Assembly (NCBI GenBank): GCA_950097015.1
Contig: CATNEN010000001.1
Span: 6,944,001 to 7,008,000, forward strand
DNA from: Macrostomum hystrix
Taxonomy: Eukaryota; Animalia; Platyhelminthes
Direction of reading: 5' to 3'
Length of the DNA: 64,000 bases
Part shown: positions 63,169-64,000 of the stretch, in pieces
Layout: each line of letters opens with the position of its first letter
Numbering within the stretch: position 1 is the stretch's first letter
Position numbers and translations under genes: made by a program
The notes under the pieces: generated by a model
What the model was told of the DNA's origin: nothing
What the model saw: only the letters and a program-made list of their open reading frames with translations
Databases searched by the model: none

Positions 63169-63819
63169 AAAAAGCTGTCTTGTTGACGCTGCTATCGCCG
63201 CACATGCGCAACGCACAAGGCATCAACAGCAGAAATTTCTACTTCAGAGAAAACTAGGGAGAAAGTGGTTGTACGAGTGTAGTTCGAGATATTTTTCTTC
63301 GCGCATACACAACGCATGTATTGCTAGAAGAACGTTAATTGTTTTTCAAGTCTTTCAAAAGAAATGATTTACAGCCAAGTCAAGTTGCTAGCGAAAAAAT
63401 ATATTTGAAAAAAACGGTGAAGAATGAAAATGAAAAATATGGTCGATTCGCTATATCTACTTGAAGTAGAAATAAAAGAACATTAAAGCCTTTTATTATA
63501 AAAATATATTTATATATTAACGGTTTTACAAAGTCGCAACTTTAAGTTTAAACGCACTTTTACACTAGAAACGCGACACAAAACAAAAGATTTGGAAATC
63601 AAATAATAAATACATTGCTAGCTCAGTTTAGTTGCATAATTAGTTTGTAAACGAAAACGAAAGAAAAGCAAGTTTTGCATTCAATGTAATATGTAATATT
63701 GATAACTAAGTTTTTCCAAGTAAAAAGCCGAGAAGCATAGAAAATTGAACATAAAATGATAATCATATTTCACTCCTAGAAAAGTGTACTAGAAAAAGTC
63801 ATGAAAAAATATAAATTCT

Positions 63820-63995
63820 TAGACTCTTAGAGGGTAAGAGAAGAGACGACTCTCAGGATTAGATTAGACTTGATTCTCAGGGTGAGATTATAAACGATTC
63901 TCAGAGTGAGATTAGAGTCGATTCTCAGGGTGAGATTTCAGACGATTCCCGGGGTAAGACAATTCTCTTACAGGGGTGAGATAAGAGTCGAATCT
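63820..63995. repeat. Degenerate ~25-bp repeat (gattctcagggtgagatta...)
   Basis: About 7 diverged copies. Confidence 0.75.
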
Positions 63996-64000
63996 ATGGC

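Overview
Repeat-rich eukaryotic (metazoan invertebrate) genomic DNA with GT-AG spliced genes. The overall style (a different minisatellite in almost every large intron, CAG/GCT-rich exons) resembles a free-living flatworm such as Macrostomum; that assignment is an unverified inference. Left to right: (1) a decayed minus-strand APE-type LINE with a candidate HDV-like ribozyme, a 2A (DxExNPGP) peptide, a PHD finger, APE and RT, apparently inside an intron of (2) an EGR-family zinc-finger gene with a ~270-codon Gln-rich tract; (3) tRNA-derived SINEs; (4) an intronless PCIF1/CAPAM-like cap methyltransferase with NPPH in place of NPPF; (5) a ~10 kb cluster of five non-autonomous Helitron derivatives, several joined head-to-tail and carrying a nested hAT MITE; (6) a two-exon 91-aa secreted precursor that looks like an amidated cationic antimicrobial peptide and is invisible in the ORF track; (7) an RTE-like LINE fragment; (8) a GRAM-domain gene split by a 7.3 kb polypurine intron; (9) secreted WSC+PAN-like and PAN+ALK/LTK-like glycine-rich genes, the latter with a diverged duplicate of its last exon; (10) a rearranged Gypsy relic; (11) a complete five-exon VPS26 gene; plus many minisatellites. 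Exon boundaries were derived by eye and checked for phase only. No database searches were run.
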